The translations under genes were made by a program, and so were the position numbers. This document shows positions 39,128 to 51,581 of a stretch of DNA of 64,000 nt, one piece after another. Where the stretch lies: assembly GCA_951406725.2 (NCBI GenBank), contig OX597822.1, positions 99,944,001-100,008,000 of the forward strand, given 5' to 3'. The DNA is from Octopus vulgaris. Taxonomy: Eukaryota. The notes under the pieces are model-generated. The model did no database searches and had not been told where the DNA came from. It was given only the letters and a program-made list of their open reading frames with translations. Numbering within the stretch: position 1 is the first letter of the stretch; the number at the start of each line of letters is the position of its first letter.

Positions 39128-39821
39128 TAATAAAATATTAGGGAATAAATCCAAACTTACAGGGAAAAATCAGATTTAGGATTAAATCCAATTTTATAGT
39201 ATAAATATATTATATTATATTATATTAAATTAGAGATAAAACCACTATTAGGCAAATCAAACAATGCAAAACATAAGCCAATACAACTTTCTGCTAGCCA
39301 CTTGATAATATTTTCATATTTGATTCCCAATTCGAATAATTTTTATGAATTGAATAAGAATTATACACATTGGGGAAAAAAAAAAGAGAAAAGAACTGAA
39401 AATGAAAGTGGCTACAAGTCTGTGACAAAAGCTTAGACAGCAATATAAGGCCAAAATTCAAAAACGAAATGAAATGGGTGCTGTATGGAAGGGCACCTTC
39501 CTCACAATTAAAAAAAGTATTGCCAGTAACTTATTTAGGGCAGATGGAGAGGAAATGTGTCAGAGACCAGGTCACAAATGTTCCATTGAGAATTTTTAAT
39601 ACAAGATATAAAAGAAAACTAAATAAAACATTTTGTATGGGTTCTCAAATGATTAAAATGGGCAACATAATTGTTTTATATATATATATATACACACACA
39701 CATACATTCATACACATATACACACACACACACACACACATGATTATGCTCTCCATTTTAACTATATATAATATATATATATATTATATATACATATATA
39801 TTATATATATATATTATATAT

Positions 39822-40420
39822 GTTTCTTTATTGGCCACACAGGGCTGAACACAGAGGGGACAAAATACAAAGTAGAGCCTTTCTTTTTGGGAAGAGTAAA
39901 AAGGGGAGGGGTAGAATTTCGATCAAAAGGGATCATGGAGAGAAAAAAAAAAGAAGGCTGATCAATAGGGATCGTGTATCACAGAAATGTCATAATGTAA
40001 TAAGAGGAAACAGATTAGGTTTATCGGTGGAAAGAAAAGCCTGCAGAAAAGACCACGGTAACCTCGGGCAATAATGTCATGCAATAAAAACACGTTACAG
40101 TAAGTGACTCTCTTTTTCTTTTTGGTTAATAGGATTATGCTCAAGCTGGCTATGTAATTCACATGTGCCATCCTTGCTACATTCACCCATCTTTTTTTGA
40201 AACAGTCACTAGATAAAACTTCCCTCTCTACTCTCACCTTCCTCTTCAAGTGATATTTGAAGAATTGATGAGAGATTCACCAGAGAGGAAATTGTTTGTC
40301 TCTAGACCTTTCATATGCGTCCACCACACACATTCTTTCACCATAACCGCAAGTACAATGAAAATGGCCCTTCTTTCCCATTTCAAGGAAGGAGGTGCGA
40401 CAATATTCATGATAGACTCC
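39822..40420 (-). mobile_element. 3' end of a LINE, probably L1/Tx1-like
   Basis: ORF remnants ..LAVMVKECVWWT.. and ..KRKVRVEREVLSSDCFKKRWVNVAR.., followed by a 3' UTR ending gtcccctctgtgttcagccctgtgtggccaataaagaaa. Confidence 0.6.
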
Positions 40421-40421
40421 C

Positions 40422-41013
40422 CTAGCAAATTATCTTATTTGTTAAACTGTATTTTATGAGTAATACATAGTCTTTGGACTAAATTTTTACACATTAGGCC
40501 ACTGGAAGTGAAAATTTCTACTAATTTCCATTTCCCTTTGACCTGATTAAGTATTATAAGTTTTTGGATAATTTTCGAATTTCAAAAGTTGGCATTTTTT
40601 TATTGCCGATGAGGAGCTGCGCCTGCGCAGTAGATTTGAAAGAATTAGGATGTAAAAACACGAGACATATAATTGATCGCCTCGTGTTTATATATTTAAT
40701 CTGTGTTCCTGTTGATAATGATTTCACCTAGCAAATTATCTTATTTGCTAAACTAAAATCAGAAACCAATTGGTCCAGGAAACTAGATGGTAACAGCTTT
40801 TAGTTTTCATTTCGTTCCTTTCGGAATTTTATCCCAAATTTTGTGGTTTTAGAACCTAGCTGTTCTTTCTAGCGTGATGAATCCCATAAGTGGATTCCTC
40901 TTATGTGTATAAACGTACACTGTATTTTATGAGTAATACATAGTCTTTGGACTAAATTTTTACATGCTAGGCTACTGGAAGTGAAAATTTCTACTAATTT
41001 CCATTTCCCTTTG
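40422..41013 (+). mobile_element. Probable PLE terminal-repeat region with a partial direct repeat
   Basis: 40446-40541 is repeated at 40919-41013 and 40422-40447 at 40728-40754; the region contains a hammerhead fold. Confidence 0.6.
40706..40781 (+). ncRNA. Putative type I hammerhead ribozyme, U3:A8 variant
   Basis: UUCCUG-UUGAUAA-UGAUUU..UAGCAAAU/AUUUGCUA..AAAUCA-GAAA-CCAAUUG-GUC-CAGGAA; predicted cut after 40775. Confidence 0.72.
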
Positions 41014-41448
41014 ATATGATTAAATGTATATATATATTTCATTTGAATGAAACAGTTCTAGTCCTGTAGAAGCTCTTTCTATAAAATAAAATAAAATATA
41101 TATATATATATATATGCATATATACATGTGTGTATACATACATACATACGTATACATGTGTGTGTAGATGGATATTCTTTTAACAATTTCAGACAGATTG
41201 TGCCTATACCAGATCACTGCCTAGAAAAGCTTTAGTCAGTCCAATTTTTCAACCCTAGTATTTATTTATTTCAGTCTGCTATTTATTTTATCAATTTTGA
41301 CTGAAAAGTGAAGTTACTGAAGTTACCATTCCTCACATAACAGAATACTATTTGACAAACTGTAAAACATAAACACAAGCAAAAACAAACATATAATGGA
41401 CTTCTGACTCCAGAATTAGGCACTAAAGCAACATGTTGTGTATGAAGA

Positions 41449-41676
41449 TTAACCCTTTCGTTACCAACCCGGCTGAAAGTGGCTCTGGCTCTGAATACAA
41501 ATGCCTTGTTTTCATAAGTTTTGAATTAAAATCTTCCACCAAATTTTAGTCACAATTTATGTTCCTAACACTAGCTGAATGATAACTAAGTTATTTTACT
41601 AAATTCTTTGTTATATTTAAAGCAATTGAAAGAAACACAGAGCACCTCAAAATGAATACAGTAACGAAAGGGTTAA
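41449..41676 (+). mobile_element. MITE family 1
   Basis: Perfect 12-bp TIR and TTAA at both ends. Confidence 0.92.
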
Positions 41677-42441
41677 ACCCAAAACTACATGGTTGTGAAG
41701 CAAACTTCTTAACTGCATGGCTATCAAGAATCTAGTGAGAAATACTTTTTCAGTAAGGTGTCCCCCAATTATGGGAGACAACTCAACACATGCTTCCATT
41801 TAATTACACATCCTCGGAGATACATAGTCTTCAATGTGCTTGTTAGAAAGTAGAGACAAGAGAATTAGAAAGTGGATGTATATGAATGAATATATGTTAA
41901 AAATTAGGACATTTAAAAAACAAAAAAAATCATTGAGGTTAAAGAGTAAGGGATGTCATCCTTGTTAAAAACAATAGTTGAGTTAATGTTAGCATACTTA
42001 ATGCAGTTCGTTTCAAAAAAATCTAATTAGAGATACTTACTGTAATAAAGCTTATCATTTTTAATTTACAGAGACAGTACAAACAAATAAGCTCACATAC
42101 ATAGACAGTGTATGTGTATATGCATATGTATTCCCATTGTTTGAGAGCAGACAGATTGTTTGAAACAATTATTTTCAGGTGGATAACTGTGCACCAGATT
42201 TAAGATGAGGTGACTGCTGAACAGATTTTGTTGACAGATAATCTGGAATTTTGCTTATTTGAACAGCTAGCTACATGGAATGTAAGATAGACTATACAAG
42301 AATATACTGAATCATGAAGTAGCGATTGTGACACACAAGCTCATATTATAAATTGCATCTTTAGACTGCAAAATTTTAAGGTTACAATAACCAAGATATT
42401 TCTCATTGAAAAAATCTGCTCCAAGTAGTAAAATGAAAGTA

Positions 42442-42993
42442 TTAACCTATTAGCATTCGGATTACTCTCTCAAGTGTGGTACTTAATTATTCATATTATT
42501 TTGAATTAATCTTGTATTATATGTAGCTCTGAGATTTCAATGGTGTGACTATAAATTTTTTGAAATGACATTCTAGGGTAGGTGTGAGAGGCCTGATGTG
42601 GATGGTTTGAACATAAAACAAATAGAATATTTGGGTTGCATATAGCCTGTTTAAATGTTTGTTGTTTGTTCCTTCTCAAGCCATGCCTGGCTCATAAGGG
42701 CCGGTTTCCCGGTTTCTTGGTGTATAGGTTCCCTACTTGGACAGGACACCGGTCCGTCGCAGGTGAGCTGCAAGATGCAGGAGGAAAGAGTGAGAGAAAG
42801 TTGTGGCGAAAGAGTCAGCAGAAGTCTCACCGTTACCTTCTGCCGGAGCCGCGTGGAGCTTAGGTGTTTTCACTCATAAACACACACATCGCCCGGTCTG
42901 AGATTCGAACCCGCGATCCCTCGACCACGAGTCCGCTGCTCTAACCACTACGCCATGTGCCTCCACACCCTGTTTAAATGCTAAAGGGCTGAA
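42442..42993 (+). mobile_element. MITE family 2 interrupted by a SINE
   Basis: Body to 42657, with the right end resuming at 42969. Confidence 0.75.
42658..42968 (-). mobile_element. SINE family C head with tail type 3
   Basis: 12-bp TSD cctgtttaaatg (42646-42657 and 42969-42980), ggttcgaatc B box and (aac)n-like tail. Confidence 0.88.
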
Positions 42994-43321
42994 TAGAATC
43001 TAAAACAAAAAGAAAGAAACTGAAACAAATGCCTTCATTATAACAGTTTTTCAATTGAAATAGTAATATGTAGAAGAGTGATAAAGCTGCTCCCCAGATA
43101 CGATGATATTCTGTCTAAAATAACATTTACGGATGATCTAGTGCCTCTTCCGGACAGTTGAGTGAACTGAGAAAAGTCCAAGTACCTAATGACATGTTTG
43201 TAGAGGATTTGACTCTAGGAAAAAGGATAGTCTATATTGTTATCCATTTGTCCACTTATGTTTACAAGTTTGTTTACATACTGAACATTTTCAAACCCTT
43301 CTGCTACCATATTTATATAAT

Positions 43322-43580
43322 AATGAAATTATTGTATACAGTGCTCAGGTGCACCACAACTTGTCAGAAAGTGCATATAAAGTACATGCAGTAATGTAGA
43401 AATGTCTGGAAAGCGAACACGTGCTTGTGTGTGTATGGAGGGAGAAAATCAGGTGTAGTGTTGGCGAATCTCAGGAAGCATGGAAGTTTTGAAGGATGCA
43501 GTGCTCCGACAACTAACAACTGATGCCGGCAGTTTGTTCCATGCTTCAGCAACTCTCAGCGTGAAAAAATGTTTCCTGAA
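43322..43580 (-). mobile_element. 3' end of a CR1/L2-group LINE
   Basis: FRKHFFTLRVAEAWNKLPASVVSCRSTASFK plus 3' UTR. A related end lies at 45803-45935 with an (ATT)n tail. Confidence 0.8.
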
Positions 43581-44814
43581 TATTTCTACTCAAATACACT
43601 GCATTTATTTCAATTAATTTTTAAAAACTTAATGAAGAATTTAGTAAAATAACTGTCATCATTAGACTGGTTTTTGGCACATAAATTAACATAAAATTTT
43701 GTCAACATATTTTTGTTGAAATACACATAAATTAACATAAAATTTTATCAACATATTTCTGTTGAAATACACTGCATCTGCTTCAATAGATTTTGAAAAT
43801 AATGAAGAATTTAGTAAAAATAATCTTGTTATTATTAAGTGATTTGGAACAATAATTAACATGCTTTGAAGGTAGGTTTTAATTTAAATTGCTTTTTACC
43901 AGGAAGCTTGTATTACAGAAAGAAGTGTGATCTTGAACATATTGGTATAAAATGGGTTAAACAACAAAAACACAAGAGATGACATCATTAAGGAATCAAA
44001 GATTAAAGTAGAATTAATTAAAAAACACATTTATATATTGGAATATGCTAGGGAGAGAGAGAGAGACGATAACAGAGAAGAATGTAAGAATAAATTGAGT
44101 GCCAGTTTAGGATAACTAAAAAAAAAAAAAGAGAAGTACAGATCCAACCTTGGATGGAATTTGGTAAATAATTTGGCATCCCCCTTTCAGTTTTATATCC
44201 AATGTTTCTCCTTTTAATTTAGAGTTCTGAGATAGTGTTGTACCATGCAAACTAAAAGAACTTTCCCCTCTATTTATCTTTTCTCTGTTGACATAAAATC
44301 TGTTACGTTTTGATGTATTGGGAGAGAGAGAGAGACAGACAGAGACAGAGAAAGGATGAGCGCTACTAAAATGACAGAAATTAGTCTGGAAATTTTTGAT
44401 AAAGTGATCTTCCATTTACTTCCTTAGATGGATTAGGTCACTTATCTCAGTTAGACCAGTGGTAGCCAAACGGACATATGATACTTAATAACAACGCAAA
44501 ACAGGATATTAAGGTGAGCAGCTGAAGTGGTTTCACATGCTTTAACTCCAATAACAACAGTTAATTCAGAGGATAGGTTGTAATTAATAGAGAAATACAT
44601 TTGTTTATTCATTCTTTATTGACTTTTCCATGACATTATGGGACAGAGGAATCCATTATTGAGGCAGCGTTTTATTGCAGAATGCCCTTCATGTCATAAA
44701 TCCTTGCCTGTTTTTCAAGTAAGGTGTGCATTTATGTCGGGGCAACAATGCTCAAACAACAATTTCAGGACAGGGGGAGTCACAACACCACAAGTTATAG
44801 CAAACACACACACA

Positions 44815-45215
44815 TTCTTTTATTCTTTTAGTTGTTTTAGTCATTTGACTGCAGCCCATGCAGGAGCACTGCCTTGAAGGATTTTAATTGAACAAATCGA
44901 TCCCAGGATTTACCTTTTAAGCCCAGTATTTATTCTATCAGTCTCTTTTGCTGAACCGCTAAGTTATAAGGATGTAAACACACCAATACCAGTTGTCAAG
45001 CTGTAATGGGGGGGGAGGCACAAAGACACACACAGGTACATTCATATATATACATATGTACAACGAGCTTCTTTCAGTTTCCGTCTACCAAATCCACTCA
45101 CAAGGCTTTGGTCAACTCAAGGCTATAGTAAACGATACTTGCTCATGGTGTCACGCAGTGGGACTGAGCCTGGAACCATGTGGTTGGGAAACATTCTTCT
45201 TATCATAAAGCCACA
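44815..45215 (-). mobile_element. SINE family B, older copy
   Basis: Diverged match to the family. Confidence 0.82.
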
Positions 45216-45455
45216 CTAATGCCATATTTATACATACATACATACACACATACATATATATAAGAGGATATATCAGCCTCTTAAAGGAATGATTACATCC
45301 AAGAAAACACTGGTTCTATACCTTATATTTTTGGGAAATAAAATTTCCCTAAATCAGTAGATATATATTAAGTATATAATCCGTTTTTAATTACAGGACT
45401 AAAATGGAGAGTTAGTGGTTAATAAATATTCATTATTAATAATTTGATAATCATT

Positions 45456-45555
45456 TCTTCCTACAGCTGTATCCATTTATACTCATTGAATAAATTACAA
45501 ATTTATGCATTAAATTTGCATTTATACGTTATGAGCAAAATATCATCAGGAAAAA
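45456..45555 (-). ncRNA. Mirror hammerhead copy with a GAAA>GAUA core lesion
   Basis: Minus strand UUUUUC-CUGAUGA...GAUA-CAGCU-GUA-GGAAGA, with palindromic ACAGCUGU in stem III. Confidence 0.5.
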
Positions 45556-45605
45556 GTCGGCTGGAATGAACAGATAGATCAACATGTAATTTCTTAATAT
45601 CTAAC

Positions 45606-45705
45606 TTTTCCCTGATGATATTTTCCTCATAAATTATAAATGCAAATTTAATTTATAAATTTGTAATTTATTCAATGAGTATAAATGGAAACATCTGTAG
45701 GAAGA
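45606..45705 (+). ncRNA. Putative type I hammerhead ribozyme, canonical core, long stem II
   Basis: UUUUCC-CUGAUGA-[UAUUU..CUCAU...AUGAG..AAAUG]-GAAA-CAUCU-GUA-GGAAGA; predicted cut after 45699. Confidence 0.7.
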
Positions 45706-45802
45706 AATAATTATCAATTTATTAATAATGAATATCTATTAACCACCAACTCGCCATTTTCTTCTCTTAATTCAATACAAATATATATATATATATAAAT
45801 AC

Positions 45803-45842
<40 letters not shown>

Positions 45843-46879
45843 TGTGTACAGTGCTCAGGTGCACTACAACTCATCTAAAGTGTATATATAATCAGGTGTA
45901 GTTTCGGCGGATTTCGGAAAGCATGAGGGCCTTAAACACATATATGCACATACCAAATGCAAGTGCACTCAACACATTATGTAAAGTATATATTATGTAG
46001 ATGGATGATGGGGTAAGGGGGGGGGTTAAATAAAATAGAAATTCATTTTAAAAGAAGAGAAAGCACAAAATTCCAATGATACTGATTGTGAAAATAAAAC
46101 CTAACTGAATTAAAATAACATGAATCTTGTAAAAATAGCAAAAAAAAAAAAATTATGTAAAGAAGTAGACTGAGACACCAGCCTAAAATTCCATGAAAAA
46201 AATTCAATCAATTTAACACGAAACACTTTTCTACCTGTCATTTTCAAATCTTTAATTATTTATTTATTGAAAATGACACAAATAGGTTGGTCTTTAAACT
46301 ATCGAAATAACAGGTTTCTTTAAAAAGAAAATTAAAGTTATCAAAGGAAGTTATCTAAAGTTTAATTTCAAAGAACACTTAATATTTAAAGAGGAAAAAG
46401 TGTTAAAAAAGAAAAATAAAAGTAGGAATTTTATTGTAAAATAATTGGTTTCAACTAAATATTCAGAAAATGAAATTCCTGTTACCTGAGTAGCATGAAA
46501 TTTTTAAAGAACTATAAATAGAATAGAATAAAGTCTGTGATTTTTTTTTCTTTTACTCTTTTACTAATTTCAGTAATGGTTTAGTCAAGAACATCAACCA
46601 CTTTTAATTAACTTGTATTCTACTACCACTACTACTACTACACATGCATTCATACATACATGTGTGTGTGTGTGTGTATGTGTGCATGCGTAGGTGGAGC
46701 AGCATCTTGGGCAAGTGTCTTCCTCTTCCGCTACAGCACCAAACAGACCAAAGCCTTGGAAATGAGTTCAGTAAGCAGAAACTGGAAGGAGACCATCATA
46801 TACATGCAAGCATATCTATCTATCTATTTATCTATCTATCTAATATAAAGTGTGTGTGTTTCGCATAGCAGCCCCAGCC

Positions 46880-47326
46880 CATCCCAAGTACCTTGGATCG
46901 CAGAACGACCTGTTGTGCTTACCTTGGATCATAGGGTCACCTGCTGTGCTTAAGGAGACCTACTGAGTCAAGTACATCAACATCAAAATAAAAATCAAAT
47001 GGAAATTGTAGTTGTGATACCTGTGCTGGTAGCATGTAAAAAGCACCATCCAAATGTGGCCGATGCCAGCTTGACTGGCTTCCGTGCCGGTGGCACGTAA
47101 AAAGCATCAACCAATCATGACCACTACCAGCCTCCCCTGGCACCTGTGCCGGTGGCACATAAAAAGCACACACTACACTCTCAGAGTGGTTGGCATTAGG
47201 AAGGGCATCCAGCTGTAGAAACACTGCCAGATCAGATTGGAGTCTGGTGCAGCCTCCTGGCTTCCCAGACTCCAGTTAAACTGTCCAACCCATGCTAGCA
47301 TGGAAAACAGACGTTAAACGATGATG

Positions 47327-47328
<2 letters not shown>
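46880..47328 (+). mobile_element. RTE-tail element with longer 5' part, three array units
   Basis: gacctactgagtcaagta matches ~2130-2147; ends in (gat)n. Confidence 0.85.
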
Positions 47329-47422
<94 letters not shown>

Positions 47423-48519
47423 GTATGTATGCATGTATGTATATATTAATATATTAGCTTATCGAGGTCGACTTTGCCTTTCATCCTTTCAGGATCGATA
47501 AATTATGTACCAGTTGTATACTCATGTCGATCTAATCGACTGGCCCCATCTCCCAAAATTTCGGGCCTTGTGCCTAGACCAGAAAAGAATATATTAGCTT
47601 ATCTCTTTGATCAGATAACAAGATTTCTTCTGAATGTATTCTGGAATGTCAATAAAAGGTGATATGTCATTCCAGATGAGAATATTATGGTATATAAATT
47701 GGAATGTATATGAATGAACTTTGTATACAGTGAGCAGCTGCGTTGATCTATGTAAAATATTCATTGTTTTCAAATTAAAAAAACTGAGTCTCTTTGATAT
47801 TAATAGTGGTAAATGTTAAAGACATGACATTTTATTTACTAAGAAGTTACCAAAGATACTAACTTCTTGAATCATGGAAGTGAAAAATCTTAGGAGTTGC
47901 TCATCAAAAATAGCCATGTGATGCAATAGTTCTTTATTGAGATGAGTAGGAATCAGTAAACATGGTTAACCAGGTTGTTGGATATTCAGAAGCGTACAGG
48001 GTAATTGTGTTTAGTTTGTTGATGTAGAAAAGCAGTAGCTGTCAACAGCAGCAGTGTGGAAACGCAATGGCCAAGTGGTTAGGGCAGCAGACTCATGGTC
48101 GTAAGAACACGGTTTTGATTCCCAGACCGGGCATTGTGTATGTTTATTGAGCAAAATTTTGAAAATACTGAAAAATTTAGGAAAATTACTTTATCATCAT
48201 TAAGCTGGTGTCTGGAACAAATTTACAGGAATTATAAAACCAAGAGTAGTCTCAGGCAGGTTTGTATTAGATGGGTGAAAAAAAGGTATTTACATGGTAC
48301 AACCACCATGTTCCTCACAACCTAAGAGAGCAGTAAAGTTATGGGACTCTTTTGTTATTCCATGTGTGTATGATTTCCAGCAGTGTTGGCTCTGTTAGGG
48401 AGGGAGGTAACCATCTCACAACATGAAGCCAAACCAATGGGAGACTCTGAATAGGGTGACTTGACTTGCTAGGAATAAGAGCTAGATTTACATCAAATTG
48501 TACCTCTCCTGTATTCTGC

Positions 48520-48730
48520 CTTGACTGGCTTCTGTGCCGGTGGCACGTAAAAAGCACCCACTACACTCACGGAGTGGCTGGCATTAGGAAGGACATCCAG
48601 CTGTAGAAACACTGCCAGATCAGACTGGAGCCTGGTGCAGCCTCCTGGCTTCCCAGACCCCGGTCGAACCATCCAACCCATTCTAGCATGGAAAGCGGAC
48701 ATTAAATGATGATGATGATAATGATGATGA
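48520..48730 (+). mobile_element. RTE-tail element, one unit
   Basis: One core plus the (gat)n end. Confidence 0.85.
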
Positions 48731-49283
48731 AGGATGAAAGACACACAAGACCATGTAATTCTAAATGCAAAAAAGGAAGGGATGGTTATATCTGGAATGT
48801 ATTAGGGGGTCCACTTAATCAGAGTTAGCCTGGGGTTAAACAAAACTACACAAAGATAAAACTGTCTGTGATAATTCAACAATTTATTAACCATTTTGTT
48901 ACCATATTTCTGTTGAAACACACTGCGTTTGTTTCAATTAATTTAGAAGATAAGGAATTTGGTACTGATGTTTGAAACATAAAGTAACATGAAATCTGGA
49001 TGGAAGGTTGAACTTAGTATCACTATAACAGGATTTTGCATCAAAGAACCAGAAATGGTCTCTGGCAGACTGAAATTGAAAGGGTTGAAGATTACAGGAC
49101 ATTTTCAGTTTTAGAAAGAACAAATATCCTAATCAATAGAGTACAAAACAAACGTCTGAAGATCAAAGAGACCAATCTGATTAGTTTCCAGTTTTCTTAA
49201 CCCTTTTGTTATCATATTTCTATAATAATGAAAAACTTAGTAAAATGACTTTATCATTATTAAGCTACTTTATAGAACATTGA

Positions 49284-49691
49284 TTAACCCTTTCGTTACT
49301 GTATTTCTGTTGAGATGCTCCGTGTTTCTTTCAATTAATTTAAATATAACAAAGGATTTAGTAAAATAACTTAGCTATGATTTAGATAGTTTTAGGAATA
49401 TAAATTGTGACTAAGGTTTGGTGGAAGATTTTAATTCGGTACATAAAAGGCACCCACTGTACTCTTGGAGTGGTTGGTGTTAGGAAGGGCATCCAGCTGT
49501 AGAAACACTGCCAGATCAGACTGAGCCTAGTGCAGCCTCCTAGCTTCCCAGACCCCAGTCGAACCGTCCAACCCATGCTAGCATGGAAAGCGGACGTTAG
49601 ACAATGATGATGATGATGAACTTATGAAAACAAGACATTTGTACTACAGAGCCAGAGCCAGTTTCAGCCGGGTTGGTAATGAAAGGGTTAA
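49284..49691 (-). mobile_element. MITE family 1 interrupted by an RTE-tail fragment (~49438-49618)
   Basis: TTAA ends are intact; the body resumes at acttatgaaaac. Confidence 0.85.
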
Positions 49692-49699
49692 CACAAAAT

Positions 49700-50069
49700 G
49701 GAGGCGCAATGGCCCAGTGGTTAGGGCAACGGACTCGCGGTCGGAGGATCACGGTTTCGATTCCCAGACCGGGCATTGTGAGTGTTTATTGAGCGAAAAC
49801 ACCTAAAGTTCCACGAGGCTCCGGCAGGAGGTGGTGGTGAACCCTGCTGTACTCTTTCACCACAACTTTCTCTCGCTCTTTCTTCCTGTTTCTCTTGTAC
49901 CTGTATTTCAAAGGGCCAGCCTTGTCACGCTGAATCTCCCCGAGAACTACGTTAAGGGTACACGTGTCTGTGGAGCGCTCAGCCACTTGCACGTTAATAT
50001 CACTAGCAAGCTGTTCTGTTGATCGTATCAGCTGGGACCCTCATCGTCGCAACCGACGGAGTGCTCCTA
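49700..50069 (+). mobile_element. SINE family C, tail type 2
   Basis: 11-bp TSD taacacaaaat (49689-49699 and 50070-50080). Confidence 0.9.
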
Positions 50070-50754
50070 TAACACAAAATTTCTAAGGAAAATTTTTTCT
50101 TTATTTAGAACACTTTAAACAGGAAGCTTGTACCATAAAAACAGGAGCAATTACACACAGATTAATATCATAAGCATTAAATCTAAGATGGTTTGCCTAA
50201 TATGCATAACAGTACAAGTTCCAGCAATGCAAATTAATAGTATAATACACACATTGTCAGTGTCTACTTACTTGATTGAAGTCATAAAAGCAAATTATTA
50301 ATGACATTATAAAAACATGAATGAGAAACGAGGATAATTAAGACTACAAATATTATTATACCAAATAATTCTTCATTAATTGAAATTTTAGGATTTATTG
50401 ACAAAAATAGTTATTAAAATGAATGACTTTTCTTCTCACAACAGGTGTAATTTCAGCTCATTAAAAATTATTTTTGCTTCGCTACAATAATTATATTAGT
50501 CTGCACTTAACTGAATGTTTTTCATCCAGAAGACTCCCCTGAAAATTTTCTAATACAACTGTCACAAATTTAATACAAAATTACTTAATGATGAGTTTTT
50601 TTCAAAGTATAGAAATAATTTAAAGTTCATTGACAAAAATATAACTGTTGATCAAACATAATTAATGATTATATGGTGACTAATCAAAATATCAATATCG
50701 TTTTAACATCTACTTTTCCAGGCTTGCATGGATCAAATGGAATTTGTTGAGGTA

Positions 50755-50918
50755 TAGGCATAGGAATGGCTGTGTGGTAAGTAGCTTGCTTACAAACTAC
50801 ATGGTTCCGGGTTCAGTCCCACTGCATGGCACCTTGGGCAAGTGTCTTCTACTATAGCCTCAGGCCTACCAGAGCCGTGTAAGTGGATTTGGTAGACGGA
50901 AACTGAAAGAAGCCCGTC

Positions 50919-50958
<40 letters not shown>

Positions 50959-51179
50959 GTGTGTGTGTATATGTTTGTGTGTCTATGTTTGTCCCCGCAA
51001 CATCGCTTGACAACCGATGCTGATGTGTTTACATCCCTGTAACTTAGCGGTTCAGCAAAAGGAACCGATAGAAAAAGTACTAGGCTTACAAAGAAGAAGT
51101 CCTGGGGTCGATTTGCTCGACTAAAGGCAGTGCTCCAGCATGGCTACAGTCAAATGACTGAAACAAAAGAGTAAAAGAG
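50755..51179 (+). mobile_element. SINE family B, full length
   Basis: Matches 28370-28796. Confidence 0.9.
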
Positions 51180-51581
51180 GTAGATTTTTTTTACAGGTGG
51201 ATGCCCTTCCTGTCACTGATCCCATCTGTTTTCAAGCAAGACTGTATTTCTCCATAACCAGATATGTTTTTCCCCAGAGGATTAGAAATGAACAACACTG
51301 CTTGTTTGATGGTGATGCTCATTTACAACAACCATCACATGATGCCAGGACAAAAACAACACACATGTGAGCACACACACACACAGATATATAAACATTG
51401 GGCTTCTTGCAATTTCTATATAGTAAATCCATTCACAGTACCTAAAGTTGACCTGGGACTATAATAGTAGACACTTACCTCAAGTACTGCACAGTGGATC
51501 TGAACCCAAAACCACATGGTTGGGAAGTAAGCTTCTTAACCACTCATCCACTTCTGTATCTAATACATTAATCCATTCACA

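Larger units (their letters stand above)
45401..45760. mobile_element. 360-bp foldback element (arms 45401-45557 and 45604-45760)
   Basis: The arms are reverse complements with scattered mismatches around a ~46-bp spacer. Confidence 0.9.

Noticed and set aside
42179-42281. Possible exon (ttttcag / gtaaga)
   Set aside because: All three frames contain stops. It could only be non-coding and has no supporting evidence.
43075-43165. KITFTDDLVPL, a possible RT YADD remnant
   Set aside because: Too short and degraded to support a feature call.
49700-49775. tRNA genes at SINE heads
   Set aside because: A and B boxes are present, but each head runs into a SINE body with TSDs and I could not fold a clean cloverleaf.
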